Source: Eledone cirrhosa (lineage: Eukaryota). From it: DNA of 64,000 bases. Location of the stretch: positions 52,266,001 to 52,330,000 of the forward strand of contig OZ024749.1 of the NCBI GenBank assembly GCA_964016885.1, read 5' to 3'. This document shows positions 13,471 to 29,076 of the stretch, piece after piece. The notes beneath the pieces are model-generated. The model saw only the letters and a list, made by a program, of their open reading frames with translations. It made no database searches and was not told the origin of the DNA. Each line of letters begins with the position of its first letter. Positions within the stretch are counted from its first letter, which is position 1. A program made the translations under genes and the position numbers.

Positions 13471-13989
13471 TGTTTGTTGGTTTTTCATGTCACATTTTTA
13501 TGGAAAAAGGTACACTCTATTACAAAAGTATATGCTGTGTATATAAATAATCTGACCAATCAGAACTTGTTTTACATCTACCAGTTTATTATGTTGTAAG
13601 AACATCTCTGACGAATCAAAACTTGTTTTACATCTACCAGTTTATTATGTTGTAAGAACATCTCTGAAAGTTTATCTTTACTGAGTGGAAAGAAAACTTG
13701 TTCAACTTTATCAAGTAATTCTATTGATCTCTTTGATGTCATTGATCTTTGGTTTGATTTTTAACACAAAAGACAAATTATGATATAGACAAAGAATTTA
13801 TTCTTCTGCTTCTCTTGACTTTTGATTTATTAATTGAGACAAGGTGTGAAACTCCATTCCTAAATATATATTTCAAATAAGCAATGTTTCAAATTTGATT
13901 TTTCAGTGATATTTCTCCAAGAGAAACAATGTAACGTTCTGTTTCACTTGTTTTTGTTGTTTTATCTGTTGTTCTTGTTTTTGTTTTTA

Positions 13990-14681
13990 TAAATTTATAC
14001 AATAAATATTTAGGATAAATATATATATATATTTATACAATAAATATATAGGATATATATATATATACAATAAATATATAGGATATATATATATATATAT
14101 ACAATAAATATATAGGATATATATATATATACAATAAATATATAGGATATATATATATATACAATAAATATATAGGATATATATATATATACAATAAATA
14201 TATAGGATATATATATATATACAATAAATATATAGGATATATATATATATACAATAAATATATAGGATATATATATATATACAATAAATATATAGGATAT
14301 ATATATATATACAATAAATATATAGGATATATATATATATACAATAAATATATAGGATATATATATATACACAATAAATATATAGGATATATATATATAT
14401 ACAATAACCCATGCTAGCATGGAAGATGGACGTTAAACGAAGATGATGATGATGAATAGATATATAGGATAAATATATACCATAGGATATATTTACACAA
14501 TAAATATAAAGGATATATATATATACAATAGATATATAGGATAAATATATACCATAGAATATATTTATACAATAAATATAAAGGATATATTTATACAATA
14601 AATATAAAAGATATATATATATACAATAGATATATAGGATAAATATATACCATAGGATATATTTATACAATAAATATAAAG

Positions 14682-14729
<48 letters not shown>

Positions 14730-14900
14730 AGATATATAGGATAAATATATACCATAGGATATATTTATACAATAAATATAAAGGATATATTTATACAATA
14801 AATATAAAGGATATATATATACAATAGATATATAGGATAAATATATGCCATAGGATAAATATATACAATAAATATGATAGGATAAATATTTAGGATAAAT
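13990..14900. repeat. About 30-bp TA-rich minisatellite interrupted by a SINE/LINE tail (14405-14455)
   Basis: acaataaatatataggatatatatatatat. Confidence 0.92.
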
Positions 14901-15542
14901 ATCATATCTTACATCTTTTACTCTTGTTTTTTCTGCATAATTATTTCAGAAATATAAAATTTTGAAAACTTTATTGAAACAAGTTGCTGTTTTATAACTC
15001 AACTTTACCAATTGATCTTAAAACCAATGATAACCATACCAATGAGGGGGAGGAAGAGAGTGGAAGGGGAGGAGAAGGAGGAGGGGGGAGTAGGAGGAGG
15101 TCTAACTCTCAAATATTTCAAACTTGAATAGATACAAAAATAATTTCAACACAACCTTTAAATTATTTCATTGATTTTTACAAAATTTCTTTTGATAAAT
15201 GGTTATATCTGTCTTTTTTTTTGACTTTTTTCTTTTTTTTTTTTTCTTTTTTTAGTTTTTTTTTTTTGGTTAACATTTTTTTTTATTTCAGCAGTAAAAA
15301 GTTTTTAGTACATACTAATCATAACCATTATTCCTCCCTCCAACGTTATCCAACGTTAGCTGGTATATTCTTTATTTTTATATTATTTTACTGGTGTTTT
15401 AGTTATTGTATTGCAGACACACACAGATCTCTCTGTGTGTGTGACTGTGTGTCACTGTGTATGTGTGTGTGACTGTGTGTCTGTGTCTGTGGGTGTTCCA
15501 ACCCTTGCTATCAGAGAAAGCAGATGTTAAATAATGATGATG

Positions 15543-15610
<68 letters not shown>

Positions 15611-16420
15611 GGAACGAGTAGGACCACATTTCCTTCGTTATATATATATATATATATATATATATGATAATAAGGGCGCTGCGGAGTTGCAAATGGGTTA
15701 CATATGAAAAAAGTTAGTCCTTCATCAGTGATCTTCCAACTATCATAGGTATTTCATCGCTTTAAAGACCATATACCTCCGGTTGGTGCGAGCAACGGCT
15801 AAAAAAAAGTCGTTGGGACACGTAAATAAAGGGGACGCGAGGGTAAACAAACAAAATGGTGAGGCAACAGAAAGTGAGGAAAGGAGACAAGTCCCAGATT
15901 TCTATGAATTTAAGTTCGGTGAAATCGTGAACGAGAGAATAAAGACCATCAAACCTGGTTGAAATGTGAGCAAGGAAGGAATTTCGCACAGGTCTAACGG
16001 GAGGAAGAAGGGGTCTGGTCTGCGAATTCGGTAAACATAAGTTCTGTGAAATCGTAGACGCGAGAGAAAAAATTCTGACCAGCTTGGCCGAGAATGTGAG
16101 AGAAAAGAGTTACTCACAGGTCAAACGGGAAGAAAGAGGAGGAGGAGGAGGAGAGGTAGTGGCAGAGAATGAGTGAGTGAAGGGTGAGGTGAGGAAGAGG
16201 CTAACAGAGAGAGAGACTGCTAGAAAGGGTAAAGATACATAGAACAAAAAAGACGGTGTGGCAGCAGAGGAAAAAATATGTATAACATCATATGTCTGTT
16301 TTCTACATGTCATGGAGAGAACGTATCTGAGGGAGAGAATAAGTAAAACTATTTTATACAAAGAATAACAGCGACATTCTTGGTTTAGTAAATATTTCTT
16401 TGTCTTTTTCTTTGTTTCAG

Positions 16421-16510
16421 GGTTTACCATTTAGTCTGCTGCCTTTTACCATTGTTGATGTCATGTTTGCCTTTTATTGGGGATAACTATGGCCCTGCTG
16501 GTGCTTGGTG
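16421..16510 (+). CDS. 7TM receptor exon (VYHLVCCLLPLLMSCLPFIGDNYGPAGAWC), TM4/ECL2
   Basis: tttcag acceptor, gtgagt donor; 90 nt; 'YH..C...P' and 'YGPAGAWCWI' motifs of CAR/GCR1-like receptors. Confidence 0.92.
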
Positions 16511-16990
16511 GTGAGTAGTGCTCTATTTTATTGGGGACATTAGTGGGCTAATATAGGTGTTTAGTGGTGAGTAGTGCTGTCTTTTATTGGGGACATTAGT
16601 GGGCTAATATAGGTGTTTAGTGGTGTGTAGTACTGTCTTTTATTGGGGACATTAGTGGGCTAATATAGGTGTCCAGTGGTGAGTAGTGCTGTCTTTTATT
16701 GGGGACATTAGTGGGCTAATATAGGTGTTCAGTGGTGAGTAGTGCTGTCTTTTATTGGGGACATTAGTGGGCTAATATAGGTGTTTAATGGTGAGTAGTG
16801 CTGTCTTTTATTGGGGACATTAGTGGGCTAATATAGGGGTTCAGTGGTGAGTAGTACTGTCTTTTATTGGGGACATTAGTGGGCTAATATAGGTGTTTAA
16901 TGGTGAGTAGTGCTGTCTTTTATTGGGGACATTAGGGCTGAGGGGCTCTGGTAGTTATTGCTGTTTTTTATTGGGGACATAAGGGCTGAG
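16508..16990. repeat. 56-bp minisatellite starting at an exon donor, about 8 copies
   Basis: gtggtgagtagtgctgtcttttattggggacattagtgggctaatataggtgttta. Confidence 0.92.
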
Positions 16991-17298
16991 GAGAAGTGTG
17001 GTGGTTATTACTGTTTTTTTTATTTTCTATTGAAATGTAGAGGCATATCTAGTTGATATTTCATATTAAATATTTTAAAATTAATATTTGACATGATAAG
17101 GTAATATGGTTTACAAAACATTAATATCATTAATTATATTGCTATGTATTAACGTAATATCATTGATTATATTGATATGTATTAACGCAATATCATTGAT
17201 TATATTGATATGTATTAACGCAATATCATTGATTATATTGATATATTATTAAAGAAATATTAATTACAGTAAAATGTTATATTTTATTTTATTTGTAG

Positions 17299-17334
17299 CT
17301 GGATTGTTGAAAATTGGAAGTGGAGAGTTGGCAT
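17299..17334 (+). CDS. 7TM receptor 36-nt exon (WIVENWKWRVG)
   Basis: tttgtag acceptor, gtaagt donor; completes WCWI in frame. Confidence 0.88.
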
Positions 17335-18589
17335 GTAAGTGGAAATATTTTCCTTGTTGATATTTATAAAATTTGTTATTATTGGGTCCTGTCACATAAT
17401 ATCACATGAAGCTGGTAGAATCTTTGGCCTTCATCCAGTCCTGTCATTTAATATCACATGAAACTGGTAGAATCTCTGGCCTTAATACCACATGGAACTG
17501 GTAGAATATCTGGCCTTAATACCACATGGAACTGGTAGAATCTCTGGCTTTAATACCACATGGAACTGGTAGAATCTCTGGCCTTAATACCACATCAAAC
17601 TGGTAGAATCTCTGGCCTTAATACCACGTGAAACTGGTAGGGTCTTTTGCCTTCATACAGCCAAGTCACTTAATACTACATGGTAGAATCTTTGGCCTGC
17701 ATCCAGCCCATGCCAACATGGAAAAATGGACGTAAAACTGATGGGAAAAAGAAAACCAATAAAACTGTTCACTGAACAATTTGTTGATTTAGAGTTGATC
17801 AACGTTTGATTTCTATTTTAAATGATTTTGTTATTAACTTCAATTGATTCCATTTTCTGACAAAGGTGAAGGTCATTTCTTTAGTTCGGCAGTTTAGTTT
17901 CTCATCCAATATGCTAACACTTCATTTTCTATAAAGAAGGAGTTGAGTGTGTCTCTGTAGCTCTGTCTTTCTCTGTCTCTCTCTGTCTGTCTGTCTGTCT
18001 GTCTGTGTGTGTGTGTGTATATACCTGTACTGTATATGTAGCTATGTCTCTCTCTTTGTCTCTCTCTGTCTCTCTTTGTCTCTCTCTGTCTCTCTCTGTC
18101 TCTCTCTGTCTCTGTCTGTCTGTCTGTGTGTGTGTGTCTGTCTGAGTGTGTGTGTCTGTCTGCGTGTGTGTGTGTGTATCTGCGTGTGTGTGTCTGTCAG
18201 TGTGTGTGTATCTGCGTGTGTGTGTCTGTCAGTGTGTATGTGTGTCTGTCTGCGTGTGTGTCTGTCTGTCAGTGTGTATGTGTGTCTGTCTGCGTGTGTG
18301 TCTGTCTGCGTGTGTGTGTCTGTCTGCGTGTGTGTGTCTGTCAGTGTGTGTGTGTCTGCGTGTGTGTGTCTGTCAGTGTGTGTGTGTGTCTGTCTGTATA
18401 CATCTCTCACTCTGTGTTTGTGTATCTATGTGTGTGTGTGTGTGTATGTCTGTGCATATCTATGTCTATGTGTCTGTGTGTGTGTATGTCTCTGTGTGTG
18501 TATGTATGTTTGTATGTGTGTCTGTATGTGTATGTCTGTCCACACATTTATGTATAGCGGGGCAGCAGCAGCATCATTAGCAGCAGCAA

Positions 18590-20500
18590 CAACATCATCA
18601 CCACCATCATCACCGTCACCACCATCATCACCACCATCATCATCACCACCATCATCATCACCGTCACCACCATCATCACCACCATCACCACCATCACCAC
18701 CATCACCAACATCACCACCACCACCATCACCACCACCACCATCACCACCATCACCATCACCACCATCACCACCATCACCACCACCACCATCACCACTATC
18801 ATCACCACCATCACCACCATCACCACCATCACCAACATCACCACCACCACCACCACCACCACCACCACCACCACCATCACCACCACCATCACCACCATCA
18901 CCACCACCATCACCATCATCACCACCATCACCACCATCACCACCACCACCACCATCACCACCACCACCACCACCACCACCACCACCACCACCATCACCAC
19001 CACCATCACCACCATCACCACCACCATCATCACCACCATCATCATCACCATCATCACCACCACCACCATCATCACCATCACCACCACCATCACCACCACC
19101 ACCACCATCACCACCACCATCAGTAAGTTGCCATTAAAGGCAACAGGACAGAACAGCTGTGTTACCAAAGAAAGAAAGAGAGAACTAAGATCAATTTGTC
19201 AGAGAATCAATGGCTCCAGAATTCGAGATCAATCTGGATTAAGTGATATTTTAGCCAGAGAGATTGAGTCAGCAATTTATAGAATCAGAAATCAATAAGT
19301 AGCAGATGTAATAATGATTGAATGTAGTGGTAGTGGTGGTGGTGGGGGTGGGGGGGGGGGGGATGAATGGATGGAGTGGGGTGGGGTGTGAGATGTAGTG
19401 AAGGGAAGGAGTGGGGGTGTCCGGAGGAGATGAATGAATGAAGGTGGGGGAAAGAGGGCGGGCTCAGAGGCAATGAATGAATGGCAGGGGGTAGATGTAA
19501 TGAATGAAAGGTGGTGGTGGTGGGGCAGAAGTAATGAATGAATGGAGGGGGCAGATATGGGTGGGTGGGGGTACAGTGGTAATGAATGGAAGGAGGAGGG
19601 GGGTGGGGGCAGATATAATGAATGGAAGGAGGGGGGAGGGATACCTTTAGATATTTTAACTGCAAAATATTGAGTGTAAAACTATAATATTTCAGTGAAT
19701 ATATGGAGAAATATCTACTGATTGGGGGGGGGGGGGAGATATTTACTGATGGACATGTAGGAGTGTATGTGTGATACAAGTGGCAACTGGTATGTTGTTA
19801 ATCATGTACAGGACTGTCAGGTAGGCCACCACCACCACCATAACCCCCACCACCACCATAACCCCCACCACCACCACCAACATCACCGTCATCACCACCA
19901 CCACCATCATCATCACCACCACCTCACCACCACCACCATCATCATCACCACCACCTCACCACCACCACCATCATCACCATCATAACCACCACCATCATCA
20001 CCATCATCACCATCATCACCACCACCACCACCACCATCATCATCACCAACATAACCACCATCACCACCCTCATCACCACCATCATCACCCTCATCACCAC
20101 CATCATCACCCTCATCACCACCATCACCACCACCATCATCACCAACATCACCACCAACATCACCACCAACATCGCCACCATCATCACCAACATCACCACC
20201 ATCATCACCATCATCATCACCATCATCACCATCATCACCACCATCATCACCATCATCACCAACATCATCACCAACATCACCACCATCATCACCAACATCA
20301 CCACCATCATCACCATCACCACCAACATCACCAACATAACCATCACCATCATCACCATCATCAACACCATCACCACCATCATCAACACCATCACCACCAT
20401 CATCACCAACATAACCACCATCATCACCAACATCACCATCATCACCACCATCATCACCACCATCATCACCACCATCACCATCATAACCACCACCACCATC
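18590..20500. repeat. Two (CAC/CAT)n low-complexity tracts (18590-19121, 19826-20500)
   Basis: Degenerate trinucleotide runs. Confidence 0.9.
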
Positions 20501-23500
20501 ATATTTAAGTTAGTGTTACGAATAAAACTTAAACATTCTGACATAAAATTATGACGAAAGGCTTTTAAAACAAATAGTTTGGCTTCATGGTGTTAAACCA
20601 TGTAATGGATTAATTCTACCACTCATGTAGGCCACATTAGAAGGTAAAGTATCATAACAAACACCACAAGGCACCTCGTCTGATACTCTAACACGGTGTT
20701 TACCAACCGATGGCCATATAGTTAAAATGGGCTGTGGCAAATTTGAGGTGGGTCACAGAAATGTTATCACTTTTACTGGGCCACTGAACTAATATAGGGA
20801 CCACAGCTTATTGAATAATCCATAGAGCTTTTATAGACTACTACTCCTTAAATTAATGAAATTAAATGTATGTAAATAATTTTAATATATTCAGATTATG
20901 GAAATTTACTTATTACTTAGTGTTTGAATAACTTTTAATTAGTCAGACATTTACATTACTCTATTTTATTAATGTATTTTTGTGGTAAAGGCTTTATCTT
21001 ACATATTATCTCACATAATATCGAATCTATGAGATTTTGATATTGTTTATTTTGAGAACAATACCTTAACATCAGTATGAGTGGCCAGTTATGGCCAGTT
21101 TGAACTGAAAGAGGTGAGAGAATTCTGGCTAGATATGGCCGGTTTAAATGCTAAAGGGTTAATTAGTCAGGCATTGAAAATACCTTTTTTTCATGGGCCA
21201 CAGAAAAATTCTGTGTTCAAAGTGGGCGATGAGCTAAAAAAAGATTTGGAACCACTGGACTAACACTTCTCTCTGACTTCCATCTCCTGCTGCTACTTTA
21301 TTCTGTCAACACCAAAATAATGACAGGCAAGATTAGAACTCAGAGTACAGAGAACTGAATAAAATACTGTATGACATTTTGTCAAACACTCTAACAATTC
21401 TGCTAATTCACCATAAATAATTGTCGTTGTTTTTTTTAAATGTTATTCCATAAAAGATAGTCATGTTAACAAGAGAAATCAATAATTGGATTGTTCCAGC
21501 GGAAGTCAAAGCCACTCATACCTGTTCTTCAAACAACAAAATTTAGATTAGATTAGCTAAATATTGATTTCGGTAACGAAGCACAAAGACTATATTTTCT
21601 AAGACAATATATTTGATTTAATCAAATTCTGGAGAAAAAAAACAACAAAATAAATAAATAAATAAATAAACAAAACACTGAAAGATATAATTTATTCAGG
21701 TAGGATTTGAGCTCTGAATAATGTCGAAGGATTGGGACTGAGATAGTGGAAGTTATGGAAGGACAATGGGGCTGTGACAGTGAAAGATATGGAAGGACAG
21801 TTGGACTGTGACAGTGAAATATATTGAAGGACAATGGGGCTGTGACAGTGAAAAATATGAAAGGACAGTTGGACTGTGACAGTGAAAAATATGGAAGGAC
21901 AATGGGGCTGTGACAGTGAAAGATATGGAAGGACAGTTGGACTGAGGTAGTGGAAGATATGGAAGGACAGTGGGACTGAGATAGTGGAAGATATGATATA
22001 TGGAAGGACAGTGGGACTGTGACATGAAAGATATGGAAGGACAGTGGAACTGAGATAGTGGAAGATATTGACTAGTTTTCTACACATACTATAAAGATCC
22101 CTCTCAATCTACATATGAATTACTGAATACCTGTAAATTAAGGTGACATTCATTACAATTAAGTCTCCTCCAATTTAATTAACTGAGACCGTCCCTGCTT
22201 TTATCATACAAAGCTGTCCATATTTAAATATTTGATTTAAATTCAAACCTGCCCTTAATATTATATTCCAAACAACGGCTTAATAATGGAGAAGATTAGG
22301 TATTTTATTAAACTCTTCCAAATTCCTGATTATTTTAAAGTTTAATTGAAACACATGGACAATTCTTTCATTAGAATTCAGGTCATGGAAGGGTTAATCA
22401 TGCATCATCCTGATTTGATAATGAATAGATTTCTGTATTGATTACTTATAGATTTACTTTAGATGCACGATTGAATCTATGGATTAATGTTGTTTCTTTT
22501 ATAACTGCATTATTTTAGTTTTTATTGAAAATTGTGTTCAGTCGAGAAATTTTAATATTGAACTTTCTTTACTTAAATAGAAATTGTTTGATAGAAATTC
22601 TGTTTTAATAGTAAATTGTTTGATAGAAGTTCTGTTTTAATAGTAAATTGTTTGATAGAAGTTCTGTTTTAATAGTAAATTGTTTGATAGAAGTTCTGTT
22701 TTAATAGTAAATTGTTTGATAGAAATAGTGTTTTAATAGTAAATTGTTTGACAGGAAGAAAATGTGTCCAACAAAAATGTCTTCCAACAACAGGAATGAA
22801 ATTGAAGAACTAAGGCTGGATAAATTAATCATGAAGCTTCAATTTATATATTTTATTCCATGACAATAGCAGTAATGGTTGCTATAATTATAAAATGAAA
22901 GCCATAAGTGAGTAAATAATTGAGCTAATAAAATATATTGTGAGAGAAATTTCTCCCCTGAATAATCAGACATAAATCTCGGCTAATGTCATTTGCAATT
23001 ACAGCGTAGAAGAATCTTTTTAGCCATTGAAAATAATGAAAAAAATCAACACACACATATAAAAACTGGTAAATTCATTTTAGATTTATCATTTATTTCC
23101 TGGAACCAGGAAAAAGATAATAGATATAAAGTGAATTTAATAGCTTATGTGTGGTTGTTTCTTTAACAGCTAAAGTGACTCTTTCACAGTCTAGTTGCTT
23201 TAGTTTCAACAGTCTCTAAACAGGAACATTCTATAATGTTCTTTGGTTTAAGAGAAACTTTATGAAGATTAAATATTTAACTAAAGTACTTAGCTGTAGT
23301 CTAGTTACTTCAGACTGTGGAGGGAATTGGTTATATAAGAGAAGCAGTTGTCTAGATATGGTTCAGTGGAATGTTGAGGAAGTTGAAGGTTTAATGACCT
23401 AGTTGTTCATTACTGTATTGATACAGTTATTGATACACAGTTGATTGGGTATTGATACACAGTTGATTGGGTATTGATACACAGTTGATACAGTTATGGT

Positions 23501-23794
23501 TTAGTTACTTATTTGTTCGTTCTTATATATTGATACACAGCTGATCAGGTATTGATATCATTGATATACACAGTTAATCAGGTATTGATATACAGTTGAT
23601 CAGTTAAGAGTACAGCAACACAATAACAACAACAACAACAACATTTTAAGGCCATGTTTCCCTTCTAAAGTAAGGGTTTACCTTGTGGACCCTATAACAA
23701 GCTTCATACACTTCATGGGATCTTCTTGGGGAAATGTTCTATAGCCAGGTGTCCTTCCTAGCATCAACCCTTTTGGTCACCACTTACAGCATAG

Positions 23795-24545
23795 AAGGAT
23801 ATGGTGTACCTATTGTAAACTGGGTATATAAAGGGATGTGGTATACCTATTGTAAACTGGGTATATAAAGGGATGTGGTATACCTATTGTAAACTGGGTA
23901 TATACAGGGATATGGTATACCTATTGTAAAATGGGTATATAAATGGATGTGGTATACCTATTGTAAACTGGGTATATAAAGGGATGTGGTATACCTATTG
24001 TAAACTGGGTATATAAAGGGATGTGGTATACCTATTGTAAACTGGGTATATACAGGGATATGGTGTACCTATTGTAAACTGGGTATATAAAGGAATGTGG
24101 TATACCTATTGTAAACTGGGTATATACAGGGATATGGTGTACCTATTGTAAACTGGGTATATAAAGGGATGTGGTATACCTATTGTAAACTGGGTATATA
24201 AAGGGATGTGGTATACCTATTGTAAACTGGGTATATAAAGGGATGTGGTATACCTATTGTAAACTGGGTATATAAAGGGATGTGGTATACCTATTGTAAA
24301 CTGGGTATATAAAGGGATGTGGTGCACCTATTGTAAACTGGGTATATAAAGGGATGTGGTATACCTATTGTAAACTGGGTATATAAAGGGATGTGGTATA
24401 CCTATTGTAAACTGGGTATATAAAGGGATGTGGTATACCTATTGTAAACTGGGTATATACAGGGATATGGTGCACCTATTGTAAACTGGGTATATGCAGG
24501 GATATGTTGAACCTCTAAACTGGATACATGCAGGGATATAGTGTA
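23795..24545. repeat. 37-bp minisatellite, inverted relative of 1585-2262
   Basis: ggatgtggtatacctattgtaaactgggtatataaag. Confidence 0.93.
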
Positions 24546-25466
24546 ACCCTTTAGCATTTAAACTGGCCATATCCGGCCAGAATTCTCTCACCTCTTTCTG
24601 TTCAAACTGGCTGTAACCAGCTGCTCATACTTATATTAAGTTATTGTTCTCAAAATAAATAATATCAAATTTTCATAGATTCGATATCATGTGAGATAAT
24701 TATGTGAAATAAAACCTTTACTGCGAAAATGCAATAATAAATATAGAGTAATCATCATCATCATCATGGTGATGATAGTGGTAATGGTGATAGTGATGAT
24801 GATGATAATGGTGGTGGCAGTGGTAATGATGATGATAGTGGTGATAGTGGTGATGATGATAGTGGTGATGATGATGATGGTGGTGACGATGATGGTGGTG
24901 GTGGTGGTGTGCTATAGGCATTCCAATCCATTATCATGTCACCAGTCTACCTTTACCAAAATAACCATTCTAAGGAAGTTGATCAATAGACAGATATAGT
25001 GTGTTGTAATTTTAGAATGAGTTGCTGGAGAGAGAAACTATAAACTGGTTTGATAGCTTTAGATATGAAAAACAACTACATTATTATATTAAAGCAAACA
25101 GTCCAGGGCAGCTGTGGATTGGCAGAGGTGCCTTGTGGTTGTTGCTCTAAATACAAACTGCCACAGGGTTTAGGGAGATGTTATGTGAGATATTATGTGA
25201 GGTAAAGCCTTAACCGTGAAAATACAATAGTATATATACAATAGTATATATAAAATAGTATATATAAAATAGTATATATACAATAGTATATATACAATAG
25301 TATATATACAATAGTATAATGTAAATGATAAAATGTTAATGTTGTTGTTAAGACACTGTTGTCAATATGGCGGCCATATTGAGTATATTCTTTATTGATA
25401 TCAGTAAAAATGTAAGATTTCAACTAATTTTATTTCTATTTAATGTTTTATATTTCTATATTTCAG

Positions 25467-25545
25467 CTGGTATGGACCATTATTTGCAATCATTGCCCTC
25501 CTCTTTGTCACTTATATCTATATTGTCATCACACTTTCAAGAAAG
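25467..25545 (+). CDS. 7TM receptor exon (IWYGPLFAIIALLFVTYIYIVITLSRK), TM5
   Basis: tttcag acceptor, gtaat donor; 79 nt, phase 2->0; hydrophobic helix with WYGP. Confidence 0.9.
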
Positions 25546-25611
25546 GTAATCTCTATTATATACTTATTATACTCGGTATATATATTATATATATATATAG
25601 ACATTAAGTGA

Positions 25612-25646
<35 letters not shown>

Positions 25647-26296
25647 CATTAAATGATTATATATATATAATTGTTTAATATGCTTTTCTATTGCTATATA
25701 TATATAAATATATATATATATACACACACGACCGTGACGTCTGGCGTCCCGCAGTAATACAGAGTACCCAACCTCCCATGGGTACAAGCTGAAGCATATA
25801 GACAATATGCCCCCCTCCCCACCCTCCCACTGCAAGGTGGTCGTGGAGGTGCCACGGCAAAAAAGCACCCAGCCCACACTGTAAAGTGGACGTGTAGGCG
25901 CCACGAAAAAGCACCCAGCACTCACTGTAAATGAGGTTGGTGTTAGGAAGGGGGGCATCCAGCTGCAGAAATCAAGTCAGAATCAGTTCCTGTATGAGCA
26001 AGGCATGGTCAGCCGACCAGACACTGCCCACAACAAGACAACCCGTCTAACCCATGCTAGCATGGAAGAACGGCCGTAAAACGATGATGATGATGATGAT
26101 GATATATATATATATATATTATCATTGTTGTATTAACGTTTGCTTTCCCTGCTAGCAAGGGTTGGACACATATATATATATATATATATATATATTCATT
26201 ATATATATATGTTTGCCTGTATATATGATATATAGATGTTAAACGGTAATAATGATATGTGTTTGTGTCCTTGTGTATATGACTCTAAATATGTAT

Positions 26297-26546
26297 GGAA
26301 ACATTTTTTCACGCTTAGAATTGCTGAAGCATGGAACAAACTGCCGAGACACTGCATCCTTTAAAACCCTCATGCTTCCCGAAATTCGCCAAAACTACAC
26401 CTGATGTCCCCCTTCCATACACATGCACACATGTATATCATGACTCATGCTCTGTTCATTTTCCTGACGTTTGTACATTACCCTATGTACTATACATACA
26501 CTTTTGATGAGTTGTAGTGCACCTGAGCACTGTACACAATATTTTC

Positions 26547-26562
<16 letters not shown>
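26297..26562 (+). mobile_element. CR1/L2-like LINE 3' end with (ATT)n tail; related - strand ends at about 43525-43695 and 46175-46230
   Basis: HFFTLRIAEAWNKLP motif; shared 3' end 'gtagtgcacctgagcactgtacacaat..tttcatt'. Confidence 0.7.
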
Positions 26563-26620
<58 letters not shown>

Positions 26621-27699
26621 TGCATACGTTTTTATGATATCTTCAATAAAACATTTAAAACCTAAAATTAATTGTTATTGTTTAACGATATCTGCAGGAG
26701 CTCCTATAATCTCATTCTAAAATGTTAAAGGGGAAAATATTTTCCAGAATGTTAATTCTATTTTCAGAATAGAATTGTCCTCTCCATTGATTTTCCCTGT
26801 AAATATAAACATTTTTCTTCAGACTTTTATTAACTCTATTTATGTGGAGTTTTCATTAAAATACAACAAAAATATTAAGCACAATGTATTTGTTTATTTA
26901 AATAACATAAAATTGTGAAATTTATCTCTGAAAAACCTTCTGAACTAAACAGGCATATTTCGTTTCCTGAAAAGGTTTGACTTAAATTAGAAAAAGGTGA
27001 CAATGTGAAACTCTATAAAAATATTACTGAAATGGCAGTGTGAGTGTATGTGTGTGTTAATGTATGATGTGTTTGTTTGTGAGTGAGTACATGTGTTTGT
27101 GTGTGTATGTATGTTAATGTATAATGTGTTTGTTTGTATGTGTTTGTGAGTGAGTACATGTGTTTGTGAGTGAATTAGTGCATGTGTTAGTGTGTGTTTG
27201 TGTGTTTGTGAATGAGTGCATGTGTTTGTGTGTGTATGTGTGTGTTAATGTATGATGTGTTTGTGTGTGCATGTGTGTGTTAATGTATGATGTGTTTGTT
27301 TGTATGTGTTTGTGAGTGAGTACATGTGTTTGTTTGTATGTGTTTGTGAGTGAGTACATGTGTTTGTTTGTATGTGTTTGTGAGTGAGTATGTGTGTTTG
27401 TGTGTGAGTGAATGAGTGCATGTGTTAGTGTGTGTTTGTGAGTTTGTGTGTTTGCGCATGTGTGTGTGGGAATTTGTGTGTTTCTGTTTGTGTGTGATTG
27501 AGTGCATATGTTAGTGTGTTAGTGTGTGTGTGTGTTTGTGTATGTGTGTGTATGTTCTGCCAATTTCAGGCCCAGAACAAGTATGGCAGATAAGTCGCAT
27601 GTGGATGTTTTTTTCATCTTTTTGTAAATTAGTTTTTATTAAGAATCTGTGAGAAACTCTTGTAATCTTTGTTTTGTAAAATAATAGAATCTGAATGTG

Positions 27700-28345
<646 letters not shown>

Positions 28346-28410
28346 TTCTCTGTCTCCCCTCTTCCTTTTCTTACCAACTCTAACTCTCCCTCTTCTTCCT
28401 ACTTTTATTG

Positions 28411-28486
<76 letters not shown>

Positions 28487-28746
28487 ACACACTCTATCTC
28501 TCTGCTTCCCTCTTCTTCCCACTTTCATCCCTCTCCCCTCTCTCACCTCCCTCTCTCTCTACACACACACATATATATATATATAGTAGAAAGTAGCTAT
28601 ATGGATGCATTACACACACACACACACACACACACAGTGTGTAATCATTTATCTTCTGAACCATAATTAATATAATTAAAATGTGTTTTCCTTTCTTACT
28701 TTAATTAATTCTTGTAATATTAATAACCTAATTCCTATAATTTTAG

Positions 28747-28794
28747 GCATCAACTTGGGAAGGCACATATGATCCTGATACTGAACGGAATAAG
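28747..28794 (+). CDS. 7TM receptor exon (ASTWEGTYDPDTERNK), ICL3
   Basis: ttttag acceptor, gtgcgt donor; 48 nt, phase 0->0. Confidence 0.85.
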
Positions 28795-28823
28795 GTGCGT
28801 TACACACTGCCAACATTATTTTA

Positions 28824-28854
<31 letters not shown>

Positions 28855-29076
28855 ATATATGTATATATATATGTGTGTGTGTGTGTATATATGATATATA
28901 TATGATATATATATATATGTATATATATAATCTTAAAATTCACTTTACTACTACTACTGCTACTACTGCTACTACTGCTACTACTACTGCTACACTTAAC
29001 CATTCCCAGTTATGTCATCACATACTCTGACAGTTCTCCTTACCATTTTGTATAACTCCATATTTCAATAATCTTG

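Noticed and set aside
17947-19137. 396-aa ORF with an extensin-like Ser/Pro tail
   Set aside because: Made of (GT/CT)n and (CAC/CAT)n simple repeats
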